The notes under the pieces: model-generated
The model's input: the letters and a program-made list of their open reading frames with translations, nothing else
Told to the model about the DNA's origin: nothing
Databases searched by the model: none
Assembly: GCA_963811085.1 (NCBI GenBank)
Contig: CAWEPV010000003.1
Location: 225,721 to 289,720, forward strand
DNA length: 64,000 bases
Reading direction: 5' to 3'
Source: an uncultured beta proteobacterium
GTDB lineage: Bacteria; Pseudomonadota; Gammaproteobacteria; Burkholderiales; SG8-39
Translations under genes and position numbers: made by a program
Shown: positions 54,083 to 63,268 of the stretch, in pieces
Position numbering within the stretch: the stretch's first letter is position 1
Layout of the letters: each line of letters starts with the position of its first letter

Positions 54083-54799
54083 TTAGCGGGACGCCGGGTG
54101 CGCCGCGCGGTAGGCGTGCACCTGCGCCGGATGCATCGGCTTGCTGCGCGCCTGTGCCACCGCTTTTTCGTCCACGTCGACGAAATCGGACGGGCGCAAT
54201 TCGGCGTTGTTCCAGGCCGCGCGCACGTAGCCGATGACCGCCGCCACTTCGGCGTTCGACAGATGGTCGAACGGCGGCATGACGCCGTTGTAGCTTGCGC
54301 CCTTGACCATGATCGCGCCCTCGAGCCCGTTCAGCAGCACATAGACCGGGAACATGCGATCGCGGTAGAGATCGTGGTTGCCCGCAAGCGGCGGGAAGGC
54401 GCCGGGCAGGCCGCCCCCATGCGCCTGATGGCAGGCCGAGCACTGGCGCTCGTACATGGCCTCGCCGTCCACCGCGGGCGAGGGCGCGCCGCTCGGCGCG
54501 GCCGCCTTGGGCGGGTTGGGGCCGAGGTAGGTGACCAGGTACTGCACGATCTTCTTGCGCTCGTCGTCGGGAATGCGCAGGCCGTACTGGCCCATGTCCT
54601 CGATCAGCGCTTGCCAGTTGTCCGCGGTGATGCCCGCCGACTCCTTCACGTACTGCAGGTCGTGGCAGGTGCGGCACTTGGCGTAGACCAGGTCGCGGTT
54701 CGGCCCCTCCGGCAGCTCGATCCTGTCCGCGGCGCGGGCGGGCAGCGACAAAACGGCGGCGACGGCCGCGATGAACAGCACAAATCCGACACGCGTCAT
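54083..54799 (-). CDS. diheme class-I cytochrome c (electron acceptor of adjacent molybdoenzyme)
   Basis: 238 aa with a signal peptide. The heme sites are CRTCH and CSACH, the second followed by GAFPPLAGN. Confidence 0.8.
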   Translation of the reverse strand: MTRVGFVLFIAAVAAVLSLPARAADRIELPEGPNRDLVYAKCRTCHDLQYVKESAGITADNWQALIEDMGQYGLRIPDDERKKIVQYLVTYLGPNPPKAAAPSGAPSPAVDGEAMYERQCSACHQAHGGGLPGAFPPLAGNHDLYRDRMFPVYVLLNGLEGAIMVKGASYNGVMPPFDHLSNAEVAAVIGYVRAAWNNAELRPSDFVDVDEKAVAQARSKPMHPAQVHAYRAAHPASR

Positions 54800-54866
54800 G
54801 CCGTGTCCTTCTCCAGAAAAATAAAAAGGGGCGCCGCAGGCGCGGCGCCCCCGGGGACTTCGTTAG

Positions 54867-56120
54867 TTAGACGTTGATCAGCACGCGGTCGGCGCCGTTC
54901 CACTCGTAGCCGCGCGGGTTCCAGCGCGTCAGGCCGTCCACCGGCTGCGAGCGACCGAGCGCGTCGGTTGCGAGCGACATGAGCGTGTTCTGCCCGGGCT
55001 TGAGGCTCGCCCTGACCGACCAGTGGTACCAGGCCCAGGGGCTCTCGGCCGGCTTGATGGTCGCCGCCTGCCAGCTCTGGCCGCCGTCGGCCGAAACCTG
55101 CACGCTGGTGATCGGCGCGGTGCCGTCGTTGAACGCCACGCCGGTGATCTCAACCCCGCCGCTGCCGGGCTTGTCCTCGGGCAGGGGCGAGAAGATCACG
55201 CTCTTGATCTGGTGCGCGTAGGTCGGGCGGCTGTTCTCCAGCGTGTAGTCGTTGGCCTTGAACTGGCCGGGCTCGACCGGGCGCAGCGGGAAGCGGTAGC
55301 CCATCGACTGGAATACGCTCGGCGATTGCTGGTCCATGAACATCAGCTTGGTCAAAATCTTGACGTTCATGTTGCCGTAGTAGCCCGGGATGATCAGGCG
55401 CAGCGGCCCGCCGTGCGCGGCCGGGATCGGCTCGCCGTTCATCTTGACCGCGAGGATCGCGTTGTCGAGCGCGCCGTCCTCGATGTGGTAGCTCTTCGAG
55501 AAGTCCGAGCCCTCGGGCGTCGCGGGCTGGTCCCAGCCTTCCGCCGTCAGCCACTTGACCGAGGCCGCCGGCAGCACCTTCTGCTCGTCGAGGAAGTGGC
55601 GCAGCGGCACGCCTTCCCAGACCACGTTGCCCATGCCGCCGTTCTTCCACTGCCCGCCGCCGACCTTCTGCTTGGCGGCGTAGAACGAGCGCCCGTTGCC
55701 GGCGCACTGGATCACCGAAACGCGCTTGACCATGTCCATCTTCTCGATGTCGGCCAGCTTGACGATGCGCGGCCGCGCGACGAGGCCGTCGATCTCGAGC
55801 GTCCAGTCCTCGCGCTTGGGCGCGTTCAGGCTGGCGTACCAACCCGCGTTGCCCTCGTGCGGGTAGTGGAAGCGGCAGAACAGGATTTCCTTCGGCGTGT
55901 GCGCGTACTGGCGCAGCAGCGTGAGCGGGGTCTCCATTACGCCCAGCTTGGCGTTGTGGATGATCATCTCGGCCGACTTGCCCGGAATGATCTGGTCAGC
56001 GGTCTCCGCGGCGAGCGCGCGCAGCGCGTAGGCCGGCAGCATGCTGCCCGCGGCGGTCGCGCCGGCCAGCTTGCCGAACTGACGCCTGGACATCTGACCA
56101 AAAGCGGATTTCTTTTCCAT
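54867..56120 (-). CDS. sorA: sulfite-oxidase-family molybdopterin oxidoreductase (SorA-like sulfite dehydrogenase)
   Basis: 417 aa with a Tat leader (SRRQFGKLAGATAAGSMLPAYALRALA). It has a Mo-co binding core with the conserved Cys (VSVIQCAGNGR) and a C-terminal dimerisation domain. AGGAGGAGG lies upstream of the start. Confidence 0.8.
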   Translation of the reverse strand: MEKKSAFGQMSRRQFGKLAGATAAGSMLPAYALRALAAETADQIIPGKSAEMIIHNAKLGVMETPLTLLRQYAHTPKEILFCRFHYPHEGNAGWYASLNAPKREDWTLEIDGLVARPRIVKLADIEKMDMVKRVSVIQCAGNGRSFYAAKQKVGGGQWKNGGMGNVVWEGVPLRHFLDEQKVLPAASVKWLTAEGWDQPATPEGSDFSKSYHIEDGALDNAILAVKMNGEPIPAAHGGPLRLIIPGYYGNMNVKILTKLMFMDQQSPSVFQSMGYRFPLRPVEPGQFKANDYTLENSRPTYAHQIKSVIFSPLPEDKPGSGGVEITGVAFNDGTAPITSVQVSADGGQSWQAATIKPAESPWAWYHWSVRASLKPGQNTLMSLATDALGRSQPVDGLTRWNPRGYEWNGADRVLINV

Positions 56121-56170
56121 CGGTGCCTCCTCCTCGTTCGAATTTATTTATTAAGTCAGTACGTAAGTAT

Positions 56171-56184
56171 TTGACGGTCGTCAA
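56171..56184. promoter_or_regulatory. FNR/Anr/Dnr-type palindrome TTGAC-N4-GTCAA
   Basis: The sequence is atTTGACggtcGTCAAat, centred ~57 nt upstream of sorA-like ATG 56120 (minus strand). Confidence 0.5.
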
Positions 56185-56309
56185 ATATAGTCGTCCGCCT
56201 GACGCCGCGGAGCATGAGTTTTGAATGAGGGCGTCAGCCCATTTTATGCGCCTGCATGTGCCGGATTCGTGCCAGATTTCTGCCTCATTGGCAAAGTAGA
56301 ATCGCCCCG

Positions 56310-58589
56310 ATGGCTCGCCGCAGAAGGTTCAGACCCTACTTTCGGCTGGGGTTGCTAGCGCTTGCCCTGCTCGCGGCAGGCTACGTGCTTTACCTCGACC
56401 TCCGGGTGCGGCACGAGTTCGAGGGCCGGCGCTTCGCGCTCCCGGCGCGGATCTATGCCCGACCGCTCGAGCTGCACGTCGGGCTCAGGGTGCCCGAGGA
56501 CGACGTGGTGCGCGAGCTGCGCGAGCTCGGCTACCACCCGGTGGCGCGCCAGGACCGATCCGGCTGGTACGTGCGCAATGGCGCCCAGCTCGATATCGCG
56601 CTGCGCCCGTTCATCTTCTGGGACGGGCCGCAGCCCGCGCGCGAACTCAAGGTCGGCTTCGAGGCCGGCGCGGTGGTCTCGCTCACCGACGCGAAAGGCG
56701 CCGACCTCGCGCTCGCCCGCCTCGAGCCGCTCGTTATCGGCGGGATCTATCCGACCAACAACGAGGACCGCCTGCTGGTGCGGCTGGGCGAGGTGCCCAA
56801 GGTGCTGGTGAAAGAGCTGATCGCGGTCGAGGACCGCAACTTCTACACCCATTGGGGCTTCGACCCGCGCGGCATCGCCCGTGCACTGCTCAGCCTTCCC
56901 ACCGGCCACGTCCAGGGCGGCAGCACCCTGACCCAGCAGCTGGTGAAGAATTTCTTCCTCAGCCCGGAGCGCACCCTGCGGCGCAAGGCGGTCGAGCTGG
57001 TGATGGCGGTGCTGCTCGAGCTCAACTACTCGAAGCAGGAGATCCTCGAGACCTACCTGAACGAAATCTACCTCGGCCAGGACCGCGACCGCGCGATCCA
57101 CGGTGTGGGCCTGGCGGCGCAGTTCTATTTCGACAAGCCGGTGCAAAGCCTCACCACTGCCCAGAGCGCGCTGCTGGTGGGCCTGGTGCGCGGCCCGACC
57201 TACTACGACCCCTACCGCCACCCGCAGCGCGCGCTCGAGCGGCGCAACCTGGTGTTGCGCGAGACGCGCGACGAGGGTTTCATCAGCGCCGCCGAGTACC
57301 AGGCCGCGCGCGCGAGCGGCCTCGGGCTCAACCCCAAACCGTCGACCGGCACCACGCCCTACCCGGCGTTCGTCGACCTGGTGCACCGCCAGCTGCGGCA
57401 CGACTACGACGAGGACGATCTGCGCTCGGAGGGACTGCGCATCTTCAGCACGCTCGACCCGCGCGTACAGGCGGCCGCCGAGCACGCGCTCAGCGACCGT
57501 CTCGCGGCCTTCGACCGCAAGGGCCGTTTCGGCAAGCCGGGGCTGGAGGGCGCGGTGGTGGTGGCCGATCCACAGAGCGGCGAAGTGCAGGCGCTGGTCG
57601 GCGGGCGCGACCCGCGCTACCAGGGCTTCAACCGCGCGCTCGACGCCGAGCGCCAGGTCGGATCGCTGCTCAAGCCTGCGATCTATCTCACCGCGCTGCA
57701 GGACCCGTCGCGCTACACGCTGGCGACGATGCTGGACGACAGCAAATTCGTCTGGCAGCCGCGCAACGCCGAGCCGTGGCGGCCGGAGAACTACGACAGG
57801 CAGTACCACGGCCAGGTGCCCCTGTACCTCGCGCTGGCGCATTCGTACAACGTCGCCGCGGCGCGCCTCGGCACCACGCTCGGCCTGGACAGCGTATTCG
57901 CCACCGCGCGCAAGCTCGGCATCGAGCGAGCGCTGCCGCCGTACCCCTCGACCCTGCTCGGCGCCGCGAACCTGACGCCGATGGAGGTGGCGCAGATGTA
58001 CCAGACCATCGCCAGCGGGGGCTTCCGCTCGCCGCTGCACGCGATCCGCGACGTTACCACCGCGGACGGGCACCCGCTCAAGCGCTACCCGCTCGCGGTG
58101 GCGCAGGCCTTCCCGCCCGATCCGATGTACCTGCTCACCGCGGGGCTGCAGGACGTGGTGCGCGAGGGCACCGCGCAATCGCTCGCCAACTGGCTGCCGC
58201 CCGTGCTCGGCGCGGCGGGCAAGACCGGCACCACCAACGAGCAGCGCGACGCCTGGTTCGCCGGCTTCACCGGCGCTCGTGTCGCCGTGGTCTGGGTAGG
58301 CTACGACGACAATCGCCCGGCGCGCCTGCTCGGCGCCACCGCCGCCCTGCCGGTGTGGGGCGAGATGATGGCCGCGCTCGAGCCCGAGCCGGTCGCGTTT
58401 CCCCAGCCCGAGGACGTCGAGAAGGCGACGATCGACCCGCAGAGCGGCCTGCTCGCCGACAGTGCCTGCCCCGGCGCGATCGAGCTGCCATTCGTGAAAG
58501 GCTCGGCGCCGAAGGACCGCGCGCCCTGCGCCGGCAACCCGGTGATGGATAATGTGAAGGGCTTCTTCCAGCGCCTGTTCGGCAACTGA
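56310..58589 (+). CDS. mrcB: penicillin-binding protein 1B (bifunctional glycosyltransferase/transpeptidase)
   Basis: In-frame ATG of track ORF 56256..58589. It has a TM anchor, a UB2H-like insert and GT51 motifs (EDRNFYTHWGFD, GGSTLTQQ). The transpeptidase motifs are SLLKP, SYN and KTGTT. Confidence 0.9.
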   Translation: MARRRRFRPYFRLGLLALALLAAGYVLYLDLRVRHEFEGRRFALPARIYARPLELHVGLRVPEDDVVRELRELGYHPVARQDRSGWYVRNGAQLDIALRPFIFWDGPQPARELKVGFEAGAVVSLTDAKGADLALARLEPLVIGGIYPTNNEDRLLVRLGEVPKVLVKELIAVEDRNFYTHWGFDPRGIARALLSLPTGHVQGGSTLTQQLVKNFFLSPERTLRRKAVELVMAVLLELNYSKQEILETYLNEIYLGQDRDRAIHGVGLAAQFYFDKPVQSLTTAQSALLVGLVRGPTYYDPYRHPQRALERRNLVLRETRDEGFISAAEYQAARASGLGLNPKPSTGTTPYPAFVDLVHRQLRHDYDEDDLRSEGLRIFSTLDPRVQAAAEHALSDRLAAFDRKGRFGKPGLEGAVVVADPQSGEVQALVGGRDPRYQGFNRALDAERQVGSLLKPAIYLTALQDPSRYTLATMLDDSKFVWQPRNAEPWRPENYDRQYHGQVPLYLALAHSYNVAAARLGTTLGLDSVFATARKLGIERALPPYPSTLLGAANLTPMEVAQMYQTIASGGFRSPLHAIRDVTTADGHPLKRYPLAVAQAFPPDPMYLLTAGLQDVVREGTAQSLANWLPPVLGAAGKTGTTNEQRDAWFAGFTGARVAVVWVGYDDNRPARLLGATAALPVWGEMMAALEPEPVAFPQPEDVEKATIDPQSGLLADSACPGAIELPFVKGSAPKDRAPCAGNPVMDNVKGFFQRLFGN

Positions 58590-58596
58590 GCCTGCT

Positions 58597-59079
58597 ATGA
58601 GACTACTGCTTGTCTTCGTCGCCCTGCTCGCCGGCTGCGCCGCAACGCCGCCGACGCAGACACCGCCGCCGCAAGAGCCCGCGCCGGTCGAAGCCGCACC
58701 CCCGGCGTCGCCCGGCGTGCCCGCCCCTCCCGCGGCGCCCGCGGCCCCGGCACCGAAGGCGGCGGTCGAGCGCCTGATGGCGAGCGCTCGCACCGACGTC
58801 GCCGCGAGCCGCCTCGGCAGCGCCGAAGCCACTCTCGAGCGCGCGCTGCGCATCGCGCCGCGCGACCCGCGCCTGTGGCAACAGCTGGCGCGCATCCGGC
58901 TGCAGCAGGGCCAGTACCGGCAGGCCGAAAGCCTCGCCGCGCGCTCGAACACCTGGGCCGGAGCCGACAACGCGCTGCGGGCCGAGAACTGGAGCCTGAT
59001 CGCGCAGGCCCGCGACGCGCGCGGCGACAGAGCAGGCGCCAGCGCCGCGCAGCAGAACGCCGAGCGCTACGGCCGCTGA
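58597..59079 (+). CDS. lipoprotein with Pro-rich linker and TPR-like C-terminal domain
   Basis: 160 aa with a lipobox (LLAGC), a PA-rich stretch and helical repeats (EATLERALRIAPRDPRLWQQLARIRLQQGQYRQAESLA). Confidence 0.6.
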   Translation: MRLLLVFVALLAGCAATPPTQTPPPQEPAPVEAAPPASPGVPAPPAAPAAPAPKAAVERLMASARTDVAASRLGSAEATLERALRIAPRDPRLWQQLARIRLQQGQYRQAESLAARSNTWAGADNALRAENWSLIAQARDARGDRAGASAAQQNAERYGR

Positions 59080-60440
59080 GCGGCCGCGCCGATCAGGCGC
59101 GTGCTGCTCACCGCGGCGGCCACGAGCGCGATCACGGCCGCGCTGCCAAGCGCCCACCAGGTCGCGTGCGCGCCGGCCAGGCCGAACATCAACGCCACCA
59201 GCGCCGCGCCGCTGGTCTGGCCGAGCAGGCGCGCGGTGCCGAGCATGCCGCTCGCCCCGCCGCTGCGCGCGGGCGGCGCGGAGGTGAGGATGGCGCGGTT
59301 GTTGGGCGACTGGAAAAGCCCGAACCCCGCGCCGCACAGTGCCATGCGCCAGGCGATGTTCGCGTCGCCGGGCGACGCGGGCAGCAGCGCAAGCAGCGCC
59401 AGGCCGGCGGCGAACGCGGTCAGGCCAAGCGCGCCGAGGATCCCGGCCGAGTGCCGGTCGGCCAGCCGCCCGGCGATCGGTGCCATCACCGCCGCCGCGA
59501 CCGGCCAGGGCGTGATCAGAAGGCCGGTGGCCACCGCGTCGCGCCCGAGCACGTCCTGAAAATAGAACGGGATCGCGACGTAGGCCAGCATCTGCGCCAC
59601 GAATGAGCAGACCGAGGTCCCGATCGAGAGCGCGAACAGCGGGATGCGCAGCAGGTCGACCGGCAGCAGGGGCGAGGCCTGCGGCAGCTGGCGCGCCACC
59701 AATGCGACCCCCGAGAGCGCCGCGCCGGCGAAGGCGGAGAGCACGATCAGCGCGCGCTCGCCGTGGCCGATGCTGTCGATCGCGATGATGAGCAGGCCGA
59801 AGAACAGCGCGTTGAGCAGCGCGGAGAAATAGTCGAAGCGCCGCACCGCGCGCGGCGTGCGCGGCAGCGCGCGCGCCGCGTAGAGCGTCGCGATGCCGAT
59901 CGGCACGTTGACCGCGAACAGCCACGGCCAGGTCGCGACCGACAGGATCGCCGCCGCCACGGTCGGCCCGACCGCGGCCGATACCGCCACCACCATGGCG
60001 ATGATGCCGATGCCGCGTCCGAGCCGCTCGCGCGGATAGATGAAGCGCACCAGCGCGGCGTTGACGCTCATGATCCCGGCCGCGCCCACCCCCTGCACCA
60101 CCCGCGCCAGCGCGAGCGCGAGCAGCGAGTCCGACAGCGCGCAGGCGAGCGACGACAGGGTGAACACCGCCAGCCCGATGCGGTAGATGCGGCGGTAGCC
60201 GACGATCTCGCCCAGCGAGGCGAGCGGCAGCATGAGGATCGTGATCACCAGCTGGTAGGCGTTGACCACCCAGACCGAATCCGCCGGACTGGCCTCGAGG
60301 TCGCGCGCGATCGTCGGCAGCGCCACGTTGGTAATCGTGCCGTCCAGCACCGCCATCATGATCGCGAGCCCGATCGCGATCATGGCCCAGCGGCGCTGCG
60401 GCAGCGGCAGGCCGTCGGGCGCTTCAGGGGCAACCCGCAT
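59067..60440 (-). CDS. MFS transporter, 14-TM DHA2 (EmrB/QacA-like)
   Basis: 457 aa reading ...MMAVLDGTITNVALPTIARDL..., with about 14 TM segments. Confidence 0.85.
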   Translation of the reverse strand: MRVAPEAPDGLPLPQRRWAMIAIGLAIMMAVLDGTITNVALPTIARDLEASPADSVWVVNAYQLVITILMLPLASLGEIVGYRRIYRIGLAVFTLSSLACALSDSLLALALARVVQGVGAAGIMSVNAALVRFIYPRERLGRGIGIIAMVVAVSAAVGPTVAAAILSVATWPWLFAVNVPIGIATLYAARALPRTPRAVRRFDYFSALLNALFFGLLIIAIDSIGHGERALIVLSAFAGAALSGVALVARQLPQASPLLPVDLLRIPLFALSIGTSVCSFVAQMLAYVAIPFYFQDVLGRDAVATGLLITPWPVAAAVMAPIAGRLADRHSAGILGALGLTAFAAGLALLALLPASPGDANIAWRMALCGAGFGLFQSPNNRAILTSAPPARSGGASGMLGTARLLGQTSGAALVALMFGLAGAHATWWALGSAAVIALVAAAVSSTRLIGAAAQRP

Positions 60441-60452
60441 ACCGCATCATAG

Positions 60453-60466
60453 CTTGCGCTGTATCA
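60453..60466. promoter_or_regulatory. degenerate FNR-like site TTGCG-N4-ATCAA
   Basis: The sequence is gcTTGCGctgtATCAAta, ~55 nt upstream of globin ATG 60514. Only the right half-site is canonical. Confidence 0.25.
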
Positions 60467-60513
60467 ATATCCGGTGCCGGGTTCGAACGATAGAATTTCA
60501 TCAGGGGGCCAGA

Positions 60514-60927
60514 ATGAACACCGAGCTGATTGCCGAAACCTGGGGCGCCATCGACGATCCGATGGCCTTCGTCGAAAGCTTCTACGCCCGATTTTTCGAG
60601 CGCTTCCCGGGCTACCGCCCGCTGTTTCCGCAGCAACTCGATACCAAGCACCTGGAGAAAATGGTCCAGACCATGGCGCTGGTGGCGCGCATGTCGGAGG
60701 ACCGCGGCATCATCGCGCCGCACGTGCACAAGCTCGGCGCCGCGCACAAGCCCTACGCGCTCGAGCCGAAGGACCTGGCCAACTTCAAGACGGTGTTCGT
60801 CGATATGCTCAGCCTGCGCCTCGGCGCGGGCTGGTCGCCCGACGCCGCGCGGGCATGGGACCAGGCCTTCGACGAGGTCATCATCCCGCTCATGCGCGAA
60901 GGCGGCGCCGCCGCCTTACGAACGTAG
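60514..60927 (+). CDS. single-domain globin (sensor/protoglobin-like)
   Basis: In-frame ATG of track ORF 60262..60927. The product reads ETWGAI...FYARFFERFPGYRPLFP...KLGAAHKPYALEPKDLANFKTVFVDML (candidate proximal His in GAAHKPY). Confidence 0.7.
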   Translation: MNTELIAETWGAIDDPMAFVESFYARFFERFPGYRPLFPQQLDTKHLEKMVQTMALVARMSEDRGIIAPHVHKLGAAHKPYALEPKDLANFKTVFVDMLSLRLGAGWSPDAARAWDQAFDEVIIPLMREGGAAALRT

Positions 60928-62608
60928 CACCGAGCCTACGCCGACCCCCGTCAGCGCGCCCGCCTCCCAGGTCGGCACGCCGTTGACCAGCGTCAGCTCG
61001 ACGCCGGCCGAGCGCATCACCATGCGCTTCGCGCCGCCCGGCAGGTCGTAGCAGCGCTCAGGGCGCCCGACCGAGCCAACGGTAGCCGGGTCGAACAGCG
61101 ACCAGGTCGGCGGCAAGCCCCGGCGCGATGCGGCCGCGATCGCGGATGCCGAAGAAGTCGGCCGGGTCCGAGGTCATGCGCCGCACCGCCTCCTCCAGCG
61201 AAAGGACTTTTCTTTCCCGTACCCAGGTGCCGAGCACGTAGGTCGGGTAGCCGGCGTCGCACAGCATGTCGAGGTGCGCGCCGCCGTCGCCCAGGCCGAG
61301 CAGGATCGAGCGGTCGTTCAGAAGCTCGGCCATGCGGTCGACACGCGTGTTGAACGACTGCATGGTGAACTCGTTGTCGAGATCGTCTTCCAGCGTGACG
61401 TCCAGGAACGCGTCCACCGGGTCCTTGCCCAGCTGCGCCGCGAGCTCGGCCACCGTGCGCCCCTCGAGGTGCTTCAGCGCCGGGTTCTTCACCTCGTGCA
61501 GCGTGATGCGCGCCCAGTTGCTCGAGGTCATCGGCCGTTCGAGGTCCTTTCTGAACTGCGCGCGGAACGCCGGGTCGCGGTAGACCGCCGCCTGCGCCGC
61601 CTTCGACTTGTCCTCGAACACGCGCTTGAAGGACGGGAAGGCGCCGAAGGAGAACGGGCTGCGCATGCTGAATTCGCGCGTGAGCGGCAAGGGCGAAGTC
61701 TGCGGCCGGGCGCCGCGCGCGATCATCGGCGCGGCCTTGCGCAGCGTCTCGCGCACCGCCTCGGGCAGGTCGTCGCGGTCGAACAGCGCGATGAAGGTCA
61801 CCGGGCGGCCACTCTCGGCGAGCATGAAATCGAGCAGCTCGAGCTCCGGGTCTTCAAGCACGCCGATCTGGCGCGTCATCGCGATCTCGATCGCGCCCTT
61901 GCCGCGGCTGCGCAATGCGTTGCAGTAGGCCTTCAGTTCCGCGCGGCTCGCGTTGCGGCAGGCGAGCGGCCGCCCGCCGTAGCCCATGTGCTGGTTGAGC
62001 AGCGTGCTGGAGAAGCCGAACGCCCCCGCGTCCATCGCTTCGCCAAGGAGTGCTTCTATCTTCTTTGTCTCCTCCTCGGTTGCCGCGCGCTCCATCGACT
62101 GCTCGCCCATCACGTAATGCCTGAACGGCGTAAGCGGCGCGAGGAAGGCGAGGTTGAGCGCGGGCTTGCGCTTCGCCGCCGCGTCCATGTACTCGGGGAA
62201 GCTCTCCCAGTCCCAGGTGATGCCCGCCTTGAGCACCTCGAACGGGATCGCCTCCACGTTGACCAGGTCGCGCATCGCCACCTCGCGCGCTTCGGGCCGG
62301 CACGGCGCGATCCCCACCCCGCAGTTGCCCATCACGACGGTGGTCACCCCGTGCCACGAGGACGGCGTGGTCGCCCCGTCCCAGCAGATCTGCGCGTCGT
62401 AGTGCGTGTGCGGGTCGATGAACCCCGGCGCGACGACGAGCCCGGCGGCATCGATCTCCTTGCGCGCCGGACCGAGGTCGCCGCCCGTGGCGGCGATCCT
62501 TCCGCCCGCGATCGCGACGTCGGCGCGCCGGGCGGGCGCGCCCGTGCCGTCAATCACCGTGCCGTTCCTGAGGAGGAGGTCGTGCTTCATGCGCTCAACG
62601 CGCAGCAT
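60916..62608 (-). pseudogene. D-aminoacylase-like metallo-amidohydrolase (paralog of 21846..23526), frameshifted near the C-terminus
   Basis: Track ORF 61058..62608 ([11 protein letters not shown]..., LGDGGAHLDML...) ends ...GLAADLVAVRPGYRWLGRAP*. The conserved tail LFDPATVGSVGRPERCYDLPGGAKRMVMRSAGVELTLVNGVPTWEAGALTGVGVGSVLRS* is in track ORF 60916..61116, in a different frame. Confidence 0.75.
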
Positions 62609-62752
62609 AACCCGGGCGGGCTCGGCGCATACAAATCTGCTGTCAGGAACTCGCCCGCGTACTACTATCCGTCCGCGCTCGAGCGGACCGGACAGGGCCG
62701 CCGGGCGCGCTCAAACAAATCAACCATAAAAGAGTATCGGGAGGGTTCACCA

Positions 62753-63133
62753 GTGAAAGCTTCTTCGTTGAGCTTCAGGGCTGCCGTGCTGTTCGTGATC
62801 GCGGGAATGATATGGGGTCTTTACATGGCGATCTCGGAGAACCACGCCACGTTCCCCGCGCACGCCCACCTCAACCTGCTGGGCTGGGTTTCGCTGTTCC
62901 TGTTCGGCATCTTCTACCACCTCCACCCCGCGCTCGACCGCAGCCGCGCCGCGCGCGCGCAGGTGTGGATCTGGATGGTCGGCGTCGTGATCCAGGTCTT
63001 CGGCGTGGCCAGGATCTTTACCGGGCACCCGAGCGGCGAGGCCTTTGCCGCCACCGGCTCGTTCATCGTGCTCGGCGCGATGATCCTGTTCGCCTGGCTG
63101 GTGTACCGGCGCGAGGGCTACGCCGCGACCTGA
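62753..63133 (+). CDS. small 4-TM membrane protein with His-rich motif
   Basis: In-frame GTG of track ORF 61274..63133 with GGGAGGG 5 nt upstream. The product reads ...ENHATFPAHAHLNLLGWVSLFLFGIFYHLHP... I cannot assign a family. Confidence 0.5.
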   Translation: MKASSLSFRAAVLFVIAGMIWGLYMAISENHATFPAHAHLNLLGWVSLFLFGIFYHLHPALDRSRAARAQVWIWMVGVVIQVFGVARIFTGHPSGEAFAATGSFIVLGAMILFAWLVYRREGYAAT

Positions 63134-63268
63134 AGAATCCTCGCCGGCGCTCGTACAACGCGCGCGGGGCTACCGCGCGACCGTCGTGGCCGGAAGTGTG
63201 GTCTATCGCGACGGAGAAGGAACCCGGAGCCTCCCGGGCCGACTGGTTCGGGGCCCGCGCGCGGCGCG

